Of a stretch of DNA of 52,219 nt, positions 42,569-51,235 are shown piece after piece (within the stretch, counting starts at the first letter, position 1; the number at the start of each line of letters is the position of its first letter). The DNA is from a virus (lineage: Duplodnaviria > Caudoviricetes): the IMG/VR virus record IMGVR_UViG_3300048997_000467, positions 1 to 52,219 of that record; one strand, written 5' to 3'. Both the position numbers and the translations under genes were made by a program. The notes beneath the pieces are model-generated. The model was not told the DNA's origin and ran no database searches. It saw nothing but the letters and a program-made list of their open reading frames with translations.

Positions 42569-44869
42569 ATGGACATTGAAGAAATACGCACGGATGTAAT
42601 CTGGGATACCTCCGGCGTGAAAGCCGGAGCCGACGACATTGAAAAAATCGTCGCCCGGCAACAAAGGATCGAGGCCGCGGCCCTCTCCGCCACCGAGGCC
42701 CGCCAGAAAGCCCACCAAGCCCGCATGGCGGGTCTTCGCTCTGCCCACGACGGGCGCGCCGGCAATTCCCGCATGACGGGCGATCTGCTCAATGCCGCCA
42801 CCGGTAGCAGCGGAAACGTCAACCGCGTGAACATGCTGCAGCACCTGGGCTTTAGCGCCGCCACCGGCGGCGCGGTTGCGGCTGGCATCGGCGCGGCCAC
42901 CGGCATCTTGAACCGCTACCGCGAAGAAGCCAAAGAGCTTCAGCGCACGAGCGATCGCCTGGACGAATCTTTCGCCAGCACGCGCGGCCGCGCGGCTTAC
43001 ATGAACGCCGGATCTGGCCGGGGCAGCTTGAGCGGCAGCATCGAAGATCTCCGCAAGGCCGGGCTCGCCGAGGCCGATCACCAAGGCGGGCTCATCCAGA
43101 CCCGCAAAGATCGAGACTACTTCTTTGGCGCGGGCGGCCCGGGTCCGGCGCGATTGGATGAAGGCTTGCACCACCTCAGCATCCCCGGCCTTCGGAGCTT
43201 AGGTGAATTGAACCTCACCGGCGGCGACAGCATCAACGAGCAGCTCGCAAAATCCCGCCAGCGCGAAGGCACCGCCAACAGCCTTCGCCAAAAGCTGGAA
43301 AACGACCGGAGCGAAGGGATTCGCAAGGATACCGCCTTTTCCCGCGAGCGCACGCGCGGCAGCTCCTTCCAAGCCGAGCGCCTGGAATTGCAGATGTCCG
43401 AAAAGCGCGAAATCGCCGAGGCCGGCGCGGAGCAAATTTCCCGGAAGGACCTCGCCAACATCCGCGCCCGTTTCGATATTGAGCGCCGCGAAATCGACGT
43501 GCGCGAACGCACCAGCAAGCTCGAGCTGAATACGCGCCAGGAAATCGCCGACTTCCGGGGCGGCCCGATGGACCGCGAGCAATTCGCCGCCAATCGGGAA
43601 TTGGACCTCGCCCGGAAAAGCCTGGAACTCGCCAAGAGCCGCACCAAAGAGGAGCAGGCACAGGCCCGCGTGCGCGTGGCCGCCGCCGAGCAGGCCGTCA
43701 CTCTCACGAACTTGGAAGCCGCTGCCCGGCGCGATATGTGGAAGGGCGAAGTGGAGGCCAACAACGTGCGCCAGCAAGGGCTGGGCTTCCGCGCCGGGCT
43801 GGCGAAAGACCGTTTCGGCCCCGAGGAAAACAAAAAATTCGCCGCCGGGCAGGCCGTGCAACGCCGGGAGGCCGAAGACAACCTGGTAGTCGCGCAAGGC
43901 GCGCTCGATCGTGTCAATAACAAGGCCACCCGCGAGTTTAGCAAAAACGGCGCAGTCACCCCCGAGACGAAGCACGAACAGACCCTTTTCATGCAGGCGC
44001 GGGACGCCGCGCAGACGGAGAAGCAGGAAAAGGAAACCCAGCTCGCCGAAGAGGAGAAAGCCCGCAATATCCAAATCGAACGAGCCAGGAACGCGGGCGG
44101 AAATGAAACCGCCGCCATGCGCCTCGACAACAAAGGCCGGGGGGACCTCGCCGAGCGCCGCCGCGATGAAGACCAAACCAAGGCGCAGGCCGAAGAGCTC
44201 CGCCGCCAAGGCCGCCCCGAGCTCGCCGCCGAGCTGGAGAAACAGCACGCGCTGCGCGAGCAATCCCGGCACGATCAAATTTTCCTTCTCCCGAATGGCC
44301 GCCGGCGGCCCCGAGCGGACATCATGCACGATCTGCGCTCACGCCGCCGCACCGAGCGGCGCTTTGACGCCGCCCACGCACGCGCCGCCGGCTCCGGCGA
44401 TCCTCGCGGCGCCGGCCTTCACAGCGGCGATCCGACCAGCCGGCACAACGGCAACGGCTTGGACATTCCGCCCGGAAACGTCGGGCAAGACCCGAAAGGG
44501 CCAGGATTGCACCCTCAGCACCTTACCGGCACCGGGCCTAGGGCCGTGCAATCCAATGTTTTCAAAAGGCCGTGGTACAACCCCACCGGCCGCGACGAAG
44601 ATCAAGACTTCAACCTCTGGGACGATCTCCAGAAAAAGCGCGATCTCCGATGGGGAAAGGAAAAGGGGAGTGGCGTCTCCAGCTCCTCCAGCTTGTATCA
44701 GCGTCCCGACCCCGATCAGATTGCCTCTCGAAAGACTTCTGATAGCGGAAAGGGCGGCCCGGCAGAGCAGCTCAAAGTTTTGCAAGAGATGAAGAACGAG
44801 CTGAAGGCCGTTATCATGGAGCAAACGAAGGTTCTTCGCGGTGGGCTTCCCAACGGAACTACGCCGTGA
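42569..44869 (+). CDS. Satellite tape measure protein, 766 aa
   Basis: Colinear with helper TMP: WDT.GV, GDLLN.A.G.SGNV.RVN.L.HLG, RLDESF, SRQREG, TAAMRL, DQIASRK. Confidence 0.88.
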   Translation: MDIEEIRTDVIWDTSGVKAGADDIEKIVARQQRIEAAALSATEARQKAHQARMAGLRSAHDGRAGNSRMTGDLLNAATGSSGNVNRVNMLQHLGFSAATGGAVAAGIGAATGILNRYREEAKELQRTSDRLDESFASTRGRAAYMNAGSGRGSLSGSIEDLRKAGLAEADHQGGLIQTRKDRDYFFGAGGPGPARLDEGLHHLSIPGLRSLGELNLTGGDSINEQLAKSRQREGTANSLRQKLENDRSEGIRKDTAFSRERTRGSSFQAERLELQMSEKREIAEAGAEQISRKDLANIRARFDIERREIDVRERTSKLELNTRQEIADFRGGPMDREQFAANRELDLARKSLELAKSRTKEEQAQARVRVAAAEQAVTLTNLEAAARRDMWKGEVEANNVRQQGLGFRAGLAKDRFGPEENKKFAAGQAVQRREAEDNLVVAQGALDRVNNKATREFSKNGAVTPETKHEQTLFMQARDAAQTEKQEKETQLAEEEKARNIQIERARNAGGNETAAMRLDNKGRGDLAERRRDEDQTKAQAEELRRQGRPELAAELEKQHALREQSRHDQIFLLPNGRRRPRADIMHDLRSRRRTERRFDAAHARAAGSGDPRGAGLHSGDPTSRHNGNGLDIPPGNVGQDPKGPGLHPQHLTGTGPRAVQSNVFKRPWYNPTGRDEDQDFNLWDDLQKKRDLRWGKEKGSGVSSSSSLYQRPDPDQIASRKTSDSGKGGPAEQLKVLQEMKNELKAVIMEQTKVLRGGLPNGTTP

Positions 44870-45126
44870 AACTAGAGCAGCTCCTTTCAGGATTGGGGGA
44901 CGGCCCGATTTGGGTCACGGGCGCATGGCTCAAGCAACTTGTGGCCGCCATCATCGAAGACCGCGCGCGGCTCGTGGAAGGGACCGGCGACGAAATACCC
45001 ACCCCCTGGGGCCGTTTCTTGAACGTGCGCGGCAGCGGGAAAACCGCCACCTTCAACGCCTACTTCGCCGTTTCCGGCCAAATCAAATTGGTGGAGCTTA
45101 CCGGGCGCGTCATAGAGGACTCGTGA
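44866..45126 (+). CDS. Satellite paralog of helper 6403..6663, 86 aa
   Basis: Same length, gapless similarity. Confidence 0.85.
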   Translation: MKLEQLLSGLGDGPIWVTGAWLKQLVAAIIEDRARLVEGTGDEIPTPWGRFLNVRGSGKTATFNAYFAVSGQIKLVELTGRVIEDS

Positions 45127-45152
45127 GCGAAGACCACACCGCCGGGCCGCGC

Positions 45153-45638
45153 TCAAAACCCCTTTAGCTCGTCCCTGCGCGGCTTATCGCGCTCGTCCTG
45201 CAAAGCCTTGTCTATCGCGAAAAAGCTTTCATCGGCCTTTGGAAATCCGCGCCGGTAGATTTCCAACGCCCCAAGTTGCGTCATGTGGTAGGCGCCCAAG
45301 TCTTCCAGCACCCAAGTTCTCCCTTGGCGATCAATTGAGGAGAGCTTCCACACTCGCCCCCCGGCGTTCGCCGCCATCAGGGCATCTACTTCCACCGGCG
45401 TAAGCGGGGAGACGCTCGTGTGAGAGTAATTTTCCCGGTGGCACTTCCCCTGCCACATATACGCCTCAACGCTGATTCCGGCGCTTTCGTACGACCTTTT
45501 TTCAAACTCCGCCGCCGGGAACGAACCTGAGAAGGTGCGAACCGGCTTGCCGTAGCGGGCATCCAGCTCCGCCGCCGTCTCGCCGATCCGCGCGAGCGCC
45601 AGGCCCGGCACCGCGAGCAAGAGGCAAAGCAGTTTCAC
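45153..45638 (-). CDS. Satellite secreted protein, 161 aa; homolog of helper 26331..26810
   Basis: Signal peptide, ARIGE....RYG, LMAANAGGRVW. Confidence 0.75.
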   Translation of the reverse strand: MKLLCLLLAVPGLALARIGETAAELDARYGKPVRTFSGSFPAAEFEKRSYESAGISVEAYMWQGKCHRENYSHTSVSPLTPVEVDALMAANAGGRVWKLSSIDRQGRTWVLEDLGAYHMTQLGALEIYRRGFPKADESFFAIDKALQDERDKPRRDELKGF

Positions 45639-45771
45639 GGGCGCAAATTTCAGGCTCGCCGCCGCTCCCCGGCAAGCGTAATTTCGCCCCGCACTGGACT
45701 AACGGTGCAACGCAATTCTCATCCTTTCGGCGTAATGAACCGAGGGGGCGAAAAAATGAAAACAGAGAAAC

Positions 45772-45850
45772 AAGTCCGTCCCCTGGATAGCGCCATGGTC
45801 ATTCTTGGCGCGACAAGGTTAGTCCCTTCCGGGGGGCGGACTTTTTGTTT
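45772..45850 (+). terminator. Long hairpin leader/terminator upstream of 45947
   Basis: 16-bp stem 45772..45787 with 45828..45843, inner GCGCCA/TGGCGC stem, trailing T run. Confidence 0.55.
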
Positions 45851-45946
45851 CCATGAGAAGTCAGAACCCGCCGCGCCTCGCGCGGCTTTCCGTGGCGGCG
45901 CGGGCCGTCACCCCCGAAATCATCGTCGGAAAGGGGGCGTGCTAAA

Positions 45947-46801
45947 ATGCGCCTCCCAGATGATCACATCGCCTTTGAAGGGCGCGTCATCCCCGCCGAA
46001 AAGGTAGAGGAAACCGGCGACGAAAACCAAACCACCGCGCTCTACCGCGACAAGGCGGGGAAGTGGTACGCGGTCTTTCACAATTCCAAGCGGTCTTGGG
46101 AGCAGGCGCTCCGCATGTATTTCGAGGAAACGGGGGAAAGGAGCGTCCCCTTTCCCAACCGCGCCGCGCAAGACAGGATCGACGAACTCTCGGAAATCTC
46201 CATTCGCACCGTGCGCCTTTCCGAGCGCGGAGCCCTCGCATGGTATCACCGGGAATTTGTGAATGACGGCCCGCTCAATAAGCTCATGCGGGAGGCCATC
46301 GCCGCTTTCGTTCCCAAAGCGGAACGGCAAGGCAAGGTGCAGCTCACGGCATGGGTAAAGCGCGCCGTGGCCGCGCAATTCCAACGGTGCGCCCACGCCG
46401 CCGGCATCACCGAACAGGAGCTACTCGCCAGCTTCATCGAAGACGGGCTGCAACGCGCCCGCACGCCCCGCAAAGGCTCGCCGATCCCGACCGCGCGCAA
46501 GGCCACCCGTGAGGAGCTAAAGGAGCTGGCGCGGGCTTACCGTGCGGGCGAACCGCTCTCTGACGAGCAATGGAGCTGGATCGCCGAACTCATCGGCAAT
46601 CCGCCCGCCGCCCGCGCGAAGAGCACCGCCCCGGCCGGTGCCCACGTGCAACTCGAATTGGCAACCTCGCTCGTGGCCGTGGTCGCCCGTTTCGAGTCCA
46701 CCCTCGCCGCCGATACGTTGGCCGAAGCGCAGCGGACCGTCTCCCGGCTCCATCAATCGCTCCACGCCGAAGAAACCTTTCGGCGCGCCGCCCACGCCTA
46801 G
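45947..46801 (+). CDS. Satellite protein with central RHH-like segment, candidate regulator, 284 aa
   Basis: VQLTAWV...F...A..AGITEQELLASFIEDGL. Confidence 0.6.
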   Translation: MRLPDDHIAFEGRVIPAEKVEETGDENQTTALYRDKAGKWYAVFHNSKRSWEQALRMYFEETGERSVPFPNRAAQDRIDELSEISIRTVRLSERGALAWYHREFVNDGPLNKLMREAIAAFVPKAERQGKVQLTAWVKRAVAAQFQRCAHAAGITEQELLASFIEDGLQRARTPRKGSPIPTARKATREELKELARAYRAGEPLSDEQWSWIAELIGNPPAARAKSTAPAGAHVQLELATSLVAVVARFESTLAADTLAEAQRTVSRLHQSLHAEETFRRAAHA

Positions 46802-46894
46802 CCCCAACCCGCCCGGCGGGAGCCAAACCCTCCCGCCGGGCACTTCCTCTTTCCCACATGAATCTATCCCATTCGTTGACACGCCTTTCGGTGC

Positions 46895-47089
46895 ATGGCC
46901 GCACCAGAACCCCAAAAACTCATGAACATCGAACAACTCGCCGACAGACTTTCCCTGTCCGTCGCGGGCGTTCGAAAGATGATCAAACGCCGGGTCATCC
47001 CCGTTATCAAACTCGGTTACAAGTGCATGCGCTTTCGCTGGGCGGATGTGGATGCAGCCCTGTCCCGAGTCACCGTTCGCGCCGTCTAA
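46895..47089 (+). CDS. xis: Satellite excisionase (HTH_17-like), 64 aa
   Basis: LMNIEQLADRLSLSVAGVRKMIK..IP.IKLG...RF...DV; directly upstream of int. Confidence 0.8.
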   Translation: MAAPEPQKLMNIEQLADRLSLSVAGVRKMIKRRVIPVIKLGYKCMRFRWADVDAALSRVTVRAV

Positions 47090-47107
47090 ACTGGGAGGGT
47101 TTTCGCC

Positions 47108-48727
47108 ATGAGTAAGCCAGCCTACGGGGTACGAGATTACAACCATTCGAGCCGTCCAAGCCTTCGGGCCGTAGTGAATTGGAAGGACAGCGAGGGCAAA
47201 AGGCAGCGCAAATTCTTTCCGAGCAAAGGCGAAGCGAAGGAGTGGGCTCGCCAGCGGGAACTAGAGCTGCTCAACGGCGGCAGGGAAGTCCTGAATTTCC
47301 CCTCGTGGCTGCGGGTCATGGCCGAACAGTGCCAAGCGCGCCTTACCCCTCACGGAAAGGATTTGCGGGCCGCCACAGACCATTTTATCGCCGCGTTGGA
47401 GCGCTCCAAGGCCAGCGTGCCCCTTTCCCATGCGATCGCCGAGTTTCTCGCCCGCAAAGCGCAACGGAAGGTACCCCTCTCGAAAACGTATGTCTGGAAG
47501 CTCCGCACCTACTTGCGGCGCTTCCTTGCCGGCCGGGAAGAAAAATTGGTGGAAGCCATCACCCATGAGGAATGCCAAGCCTTCGTCGATTCTCTGCCGT
47601 TCGCTCCGAAGACGGTGAACAATGCTTTGAGCATCCTTTTCGAGTTTTTCGGATGGTGCATGGGCCGGGGCCGGAAATGGACGCCGGATAACCCCATGGA
47701 GGGAATCGAGTACCACAAGATCAAGGAGCAGGCCGCGGGCATCCTTTCGCCCGAAGAGCTGAGGAAGCTTTTGGAGGCCGCGGATGCGGAAATGCTGTGT
47801 TACGTCGCCATCGGCGCGTTTGCCGGGCTGCGCGCCGCAGAGCTGCGACGGCTCGACTGGAAAGAAATCAATCTCGAAGACGGCTTCATCGAAGTCCTTG
47901 CCTCGAAGTCGAAAACGGCCACGCGGCGCGTCATCAAGATTCAACCGGCCCTCCGCACCTGGATTGAGCCTTTTGCCAAACCGAGCGGGCGCGTGTGCCT
48001 CAATAATTCGCCCGCTTTGCTCATCGAGCTTTGGAAGAAGGCCGGCCTCACGGAATGGCCGAACAACGCGCTGCGCCACTCGTTCGCCAGCTATCACTTG
48101 GAAATGTTCAAGGATGCGGCGGCGCTCGCCTTGGAAATGGGGCACACCACCACAAACCTGATCTTCCAATTCTACCGCCAGCTCGTGCGGCAAAGCGTGG
48201 CCTTGCAATACTGGAACGTACTGCCGGGCACCGGCACCGATCTCCCGGCCATGGCTGCCCGCAATAGCCTGCGAAAATGCACCCTCGCCAAAACCAAGGC
48301 CATTCTCGGAAACCCGAAGTTCAAGCCCAACTGGTACCGCCGGCTTTACGGCTACCAGAAGACCACCCGCGAGTATCTCGCGCTGTTTGGGGGGTGCGTG
48401 GCGTCCATTGAAAACTGGATGCGGAGAGGCATGCCGCTTGACGATCCCGAAGCAATGGAACGCCTCCGCCACGGCGAGTACACTTTCAACGTGCGGCAGC
48501 ACCGCGAGATGTACGGTGCCACCTCTCGCGAAGTGAAAACTTGGCGGCGCGCCGGCTGGCCCTTGGACGATCCGGAGCGGGTGAGAAACTACTTGGAATA
48601 CGTTGCGGAGACGAAGCGAATCAGTGGGCTTGTTCCGGCAAAAGCAACCAGCTCGGAAGCAACGGCACGGGTGATTCAGATGCCCGACCAGCGCGCCGCG
48701 CGCTTCCGCTCAAGTCAGGCCGTCTAA
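47108..48727 (+). CDS. int: Satellite tyrosine integrase with C-terminal repeat extension, 539 aa
   Basis: AFAGLRAAEL, KSKT, NALRHSFASY, MGHT...FY; ends about 160 bp before attR. Confidence 0.93.
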   Translation: MSKPAYGVRDYNHSSRPSLRAVVNWKDSEGKRQRKFFPSKGEAKEWARQRELELLNGGREVLNFPSWLRVMAEQCQARLTPHGKDLRAATDHFIAALERSKASVPLSHAIAEFLARKAQRKVPLSKTYVWKLRTYLRRFLAGREEKLVEAITHEECQAFVDSLPFAPKTVNNALSILFEFFGWCMGRGRKWTPDNPMEGIEYHKIKEQAAGILSPEELRKLLEAADAEMLCYVAIGAFAGLRAAELRRLDWKEINLEDGFIEVLASKSKTATRRVIKIQPALRTWIEPFAKPSGRVCLNNSPALLIELWKKAGLTEWPNNALRHSFASYHLEMFKDAAALALEMGHTTTNLIFQFYRQLVRQSVALQYWNVLPGTGTDLPAMAARNSLRKCTLAKTKAILGNPKFKPNWYRRLYGYQKTTREYLALFGGCVASIENWMRRGMPLDDPEAMERLRHGEYTFNVRQHREMYGATSREVKTWRRAGWPLDDPERVRNYLEYVAETKRISGLVPAKATSSEATARVIQMPDQRAARFRSSQAV

Positions 48728-48884
48728 AGCCGGAAATGGCAACCGTTGCCAACTTCTGTTGAAAAACAGCTCACAATAGAGCTTTCAGGGGCAGATTGGG
48801 GCATTTGGCCAATCGACCGGGAAGCGGCATGAACAAAGGATTCCAGAGTAAACGGAGCCAAGGGAAGATTAGGCGAGATTAGAG

Positions 48885-48897
48885 TATTCCACGCAGT
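48885..48897 (+). repeat. Satellite attR core TATTCCACGCAGT
   Basis: Matches attL; capsid codons resume here (YSTQFIAQSSMDAE). Confidence 0.88.
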
Positions 48898-49472
48898 TCA
48901 TCGCGCAGAGCTCGATGGATGCTGAGTCCTTCATCCGCAACGATGCGAACCGCGTTCTCCTCATCGAGAAAGACCGCGCGGCCCTCCTCGGCAGCGGCGC
49001 CAATGGCCAGCCCCTCGGCCTGGCGAACACCTCCGGCATCAACGCCACCGTCACCTACGGCGGCGCGGCCGAGTGGACCGATGTGGTGGAGCACGAAACC
49101 GGCATCGCCGACGACAACGCGGATATCGACGCCATGGCGTTCATTCTCGGTGTCACCACGGTCGGCAAGTGGAAGACGAAGCTGAAGGATTCCGTGGCCG
49201 GCGCGAATTACCTCATCAACGGCGCGGGCGACAGCATGGAAGCGAACGGCTACCCGGTCCTTCGCACCAAGCAGGTCGGCAGCGCCGCGCAGTCCTTCTT
49301 CGGTTGCTGGAGCCAGCTCATCATGGGCTCCTGGAGCGGCCTCGAGGTGATCGTCGATCCCTTCACGCTCAAAAAGAGCGGCCAGGTGGAAATCACCTTC
49401 AACGAGCTGTGCGACATCCTCGTCCGCCAGCCGCTCGCCTTCAACGTCTCCACCGACAGCGCCGCCCAGTAA
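48885..49472 (+). CDS. Major capsid protein, 3' part of the interrupted gene (first ATG 48915)
   Basis: Same frame as 37482; G.G.NGQP.GL, GYPV, FFGCWSQL..G.W.G.EV.VDP, D..VRQP.AF. Confidence 0.9.
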   Translation, partial: YSTQFIAQSSMDAESFIRNDANRVLLIEKDRAALLGSGANGQPLGLANTSGINATVTYGGAAEWTDVVEHETGIADDNADIDAMAFILGVTTVGKWKTKLKDSVAGANYLINGAGDSMEANGYPVLRTKQVGSAAQSFFGCWSQLIMGSWSGLEVIVDPFTLKKSGQVEITFNELCDILVRQPLAFNVSTDSAAQ

Positions 49473-49514
49473 GCGGCGAACGAGCGACCAACCAGCCACC
49501 CACTCCTCTTCCTC

Positions 49515-49898
49515 ATGGATCCGAAAAACCAGCTCACCTTCGCGCAGATGGAAACCTGCGCGGTCCGCACCTCCACGCTCACCGGCACCGCCTTCTCGCT
49601 GAAGGATTACGTGGGCCAGGTGGTCATCGTCCTCCACTCCGCGCTGGGCACCGGCAATGCCGACAACACGCTCGCCGGCAAGATCCAGTCTTCCGCCACC
49701 AGCGGCGGCTCCTATGCCGATGTGACGGGCGCCACCTTCACCACCGTCACCAATGCGGCCGGCGGCAGCTACCAGGCCATCAGCGTGGATACCCGCGCCT
49801 GCAGCGCGTACCTGAAATTCATCGGCACCCTCGCCGGCACCACGCCCAGCTTCGTCTTCGGCGTCTCCATCATCGGCGAGAAGCAAGTGCAGCCGTAA
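49515..49898 (+). CDS. Putative capsid decoration/cement protein, 127 aa
   Basis: Follows MCP; KIQSS..YADVTGA.F..YLK...T.AGTTPS jelly-roll-like pattern. Confidence 0.65.
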   Translation: MDPKNQLTFAQMETCAVRTSTLTGTAFSLKDYVGQVVIVLHSALGTGNADNTLAGKIQSSATSGGSYADVTGATFTTVTNAAGGSYQAISVDTRACSAYLKFIGTLAGTTPSFVFGVSIIGEKQVQP

Positions 49899-49943
49899 CC
49901 CGCCGCCGTGCCCCTCGCGCCCTCGCTCAAACCCCGCCGCCTC

Positions 49944-50132
49944 ATGCTCGCCAAAGTCATCGCCAAAACCACCATCGACAACCTGCCCGTCGCCATTGGC
50001 GACGTGGTGGAAGTCGATGAGATCACCTTCCGCAACCTCGCCGCCAAAGGCCGTCTCGAGGAAGCGAAAGCCCCCGCTGCGAAAAGGAGCGCCAAGGCCA
50101 AAGGCGAGGCCGATCCCGCCGGCGATCAGTAA
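49944..50132 (+). CDS. Small head/packaging accessory protein (gpFI-like by position), 62 aa
   Basis: GDVVEVDE.TF.NL..KGR, Ala/Lys tail. Confidence 0.6.
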   Translation: MLAKVIAKTTIDNLPVAIGDVVEVDEITFRNLAAKGRLEEAKAPAAKRSAKAKGEADPAGDQ

Positions 50133-50294
50133 GGCCGCCGGCCCGCATCAAAGCTTTCTCCGCCCGCGCCCACGGGGCTTTTCAACCTCCTACTCTTCCC
50201 ACGAGAGCCCAGGGGCGCGGCGGAGAGCCCTTTCCGTAGGTAGCGCTGCCTTCCAGGCGGCTTCCACACCACCAAACGCGCAGCGCAAACTTTC

Positions 50295-50771
50295 ATGGCC
50301 GCCAAAGACCCCACTCCCTCCCCGCTCGTGGCCGAGGGCCGCGCCCTCCTCGCACAGCTCGAGGCGAAGAACGCCGAGCGCGCCGCGGCCGTGAAGCCGA
50401 TCGATGACGCGCTGAAGACGCTGAACGAGCAGCTCGCCAAGGTAAACGAGCAGCTCCTCACCCTCGGCGCCGGCCCGTACGCCGATCCCGCCGGCGAGCA
50501 GCCCCCCTGCCGCGTCCTCGCCGGCCGCGCGGGCGCCATCTCGCCCGATACCTACGAGCTCCCGCCCGATGGCGAGGCCGAAGCGCGCCGCCTCGCCGGC
50601 GAGCACTTCAAAAAGCTCTTCATCCCCGAGACCACCTACACGCCCAAGAACGGCCTGGAAAATCTCGTGGAGCTCCTGCTCACGCCGGCCAAGGCGCGCG
50701 ATCTCCTGGCCTTCTGCATCATCCCCGGCAAGCTCAAAGGCCACGCCCGCCCGAGCGTAAGCTGGGCCTGA
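50295..50771 (+). CDS. Hypothetical protein, 158 aa
   Basis: Clean ORF with N-terminal coiled coil. Confidence 0.65.
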   Translation: MAAKDPTPSPLVAEGRALLAQLEAKNAERAAAVKPIDDALKTLNEQLAKVNEQLLTLGAGPYADPAGEQPPCRVLAGRAGAISPDTYELPPDGEAEARRLAGEHFKKLFIPETTYTPKNGLENLVELLLTPAKARDLLAFCIIPGKLKGHARPSVSWA

Positions 50772-50879
50772 AACGCTGGAAATGAGCGGGAAATGAACCG
50801 CTCCACTTAGGCTCCACTTAGCTCCCTTTCCCCGTCCGCAGGCAGGATCAAATCTTAAATGATAAATCCTAAATCATAA

Positions 50880-51200
50880 ATGAATCTCCGCGCTGAAATG
50901 GCCCAGGACATCGCCGCGGCGATCTCCCTCTACGGCGAGACGTTCGAGTGGAGCGGGGCCGATTACCCGTGCGTGCGGCGCGATGAACCCAGCTCGCTGG
51001 ATCTGGAAAGCGACGGCGGCGGCTACGTGAAGCGCCTGCGCTACTACCTCACCGTCGCCAAAAGCGCCTTCACCGAAAGCGTCTTCCCGCAGAATGGCGA
51101 CCTGGTGAACGGCGACACCGCGCAGATCAAACACATCGACGGCGGCGACGATGAGTCCGCGCTTCAGCTCATCCTCACCATCGGCTCGGTGGATGAGTAG
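50880..51200 (+). CDS. Putative head closure protein (gpFII-like), 106 aa
   Basis: Size, position and P..GD motif. Confidence 0.6.
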   Translation: MNLRAEMAQDIAAAISLYGETFEWSGADYPCVRRDEPSSLDLESDGGGYVKRLRYYLTVAKSAFTESVFPQNGDLVNGDTAQIKHIDGGDDESALQLILTIGSVDE

Positions 51201-51235
51201 CGCTGACAAACCCTCACCCATCAGCTTCCCTCCCC

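Larger units (their letters stand above)
38823..48897. mobile_element. Integrated phage satellite, 10,062 bp, inserted in the helper major capsid gene
   Basis: Flanking TATTCCAC[T/G]CAGT duplication; own int and xis; in-frame restoration of MCP on removal; paralogs of helper structural genes. Confidence 0.93.

Noticed and set aside
39175-45126. Recent duplication or misassembly of helper genes
   Set aside because: Paralogs are strongly diverged yet have intact frames, so they are not assembly duplicates
38823-48897. Intron, intein or IS/transposon in the capsid gene
   Set aside because: Multi-gene insert with a tyrosine integrase and duplicated core; no RT, homing endonuclease, transposase or terminal inverted repeats
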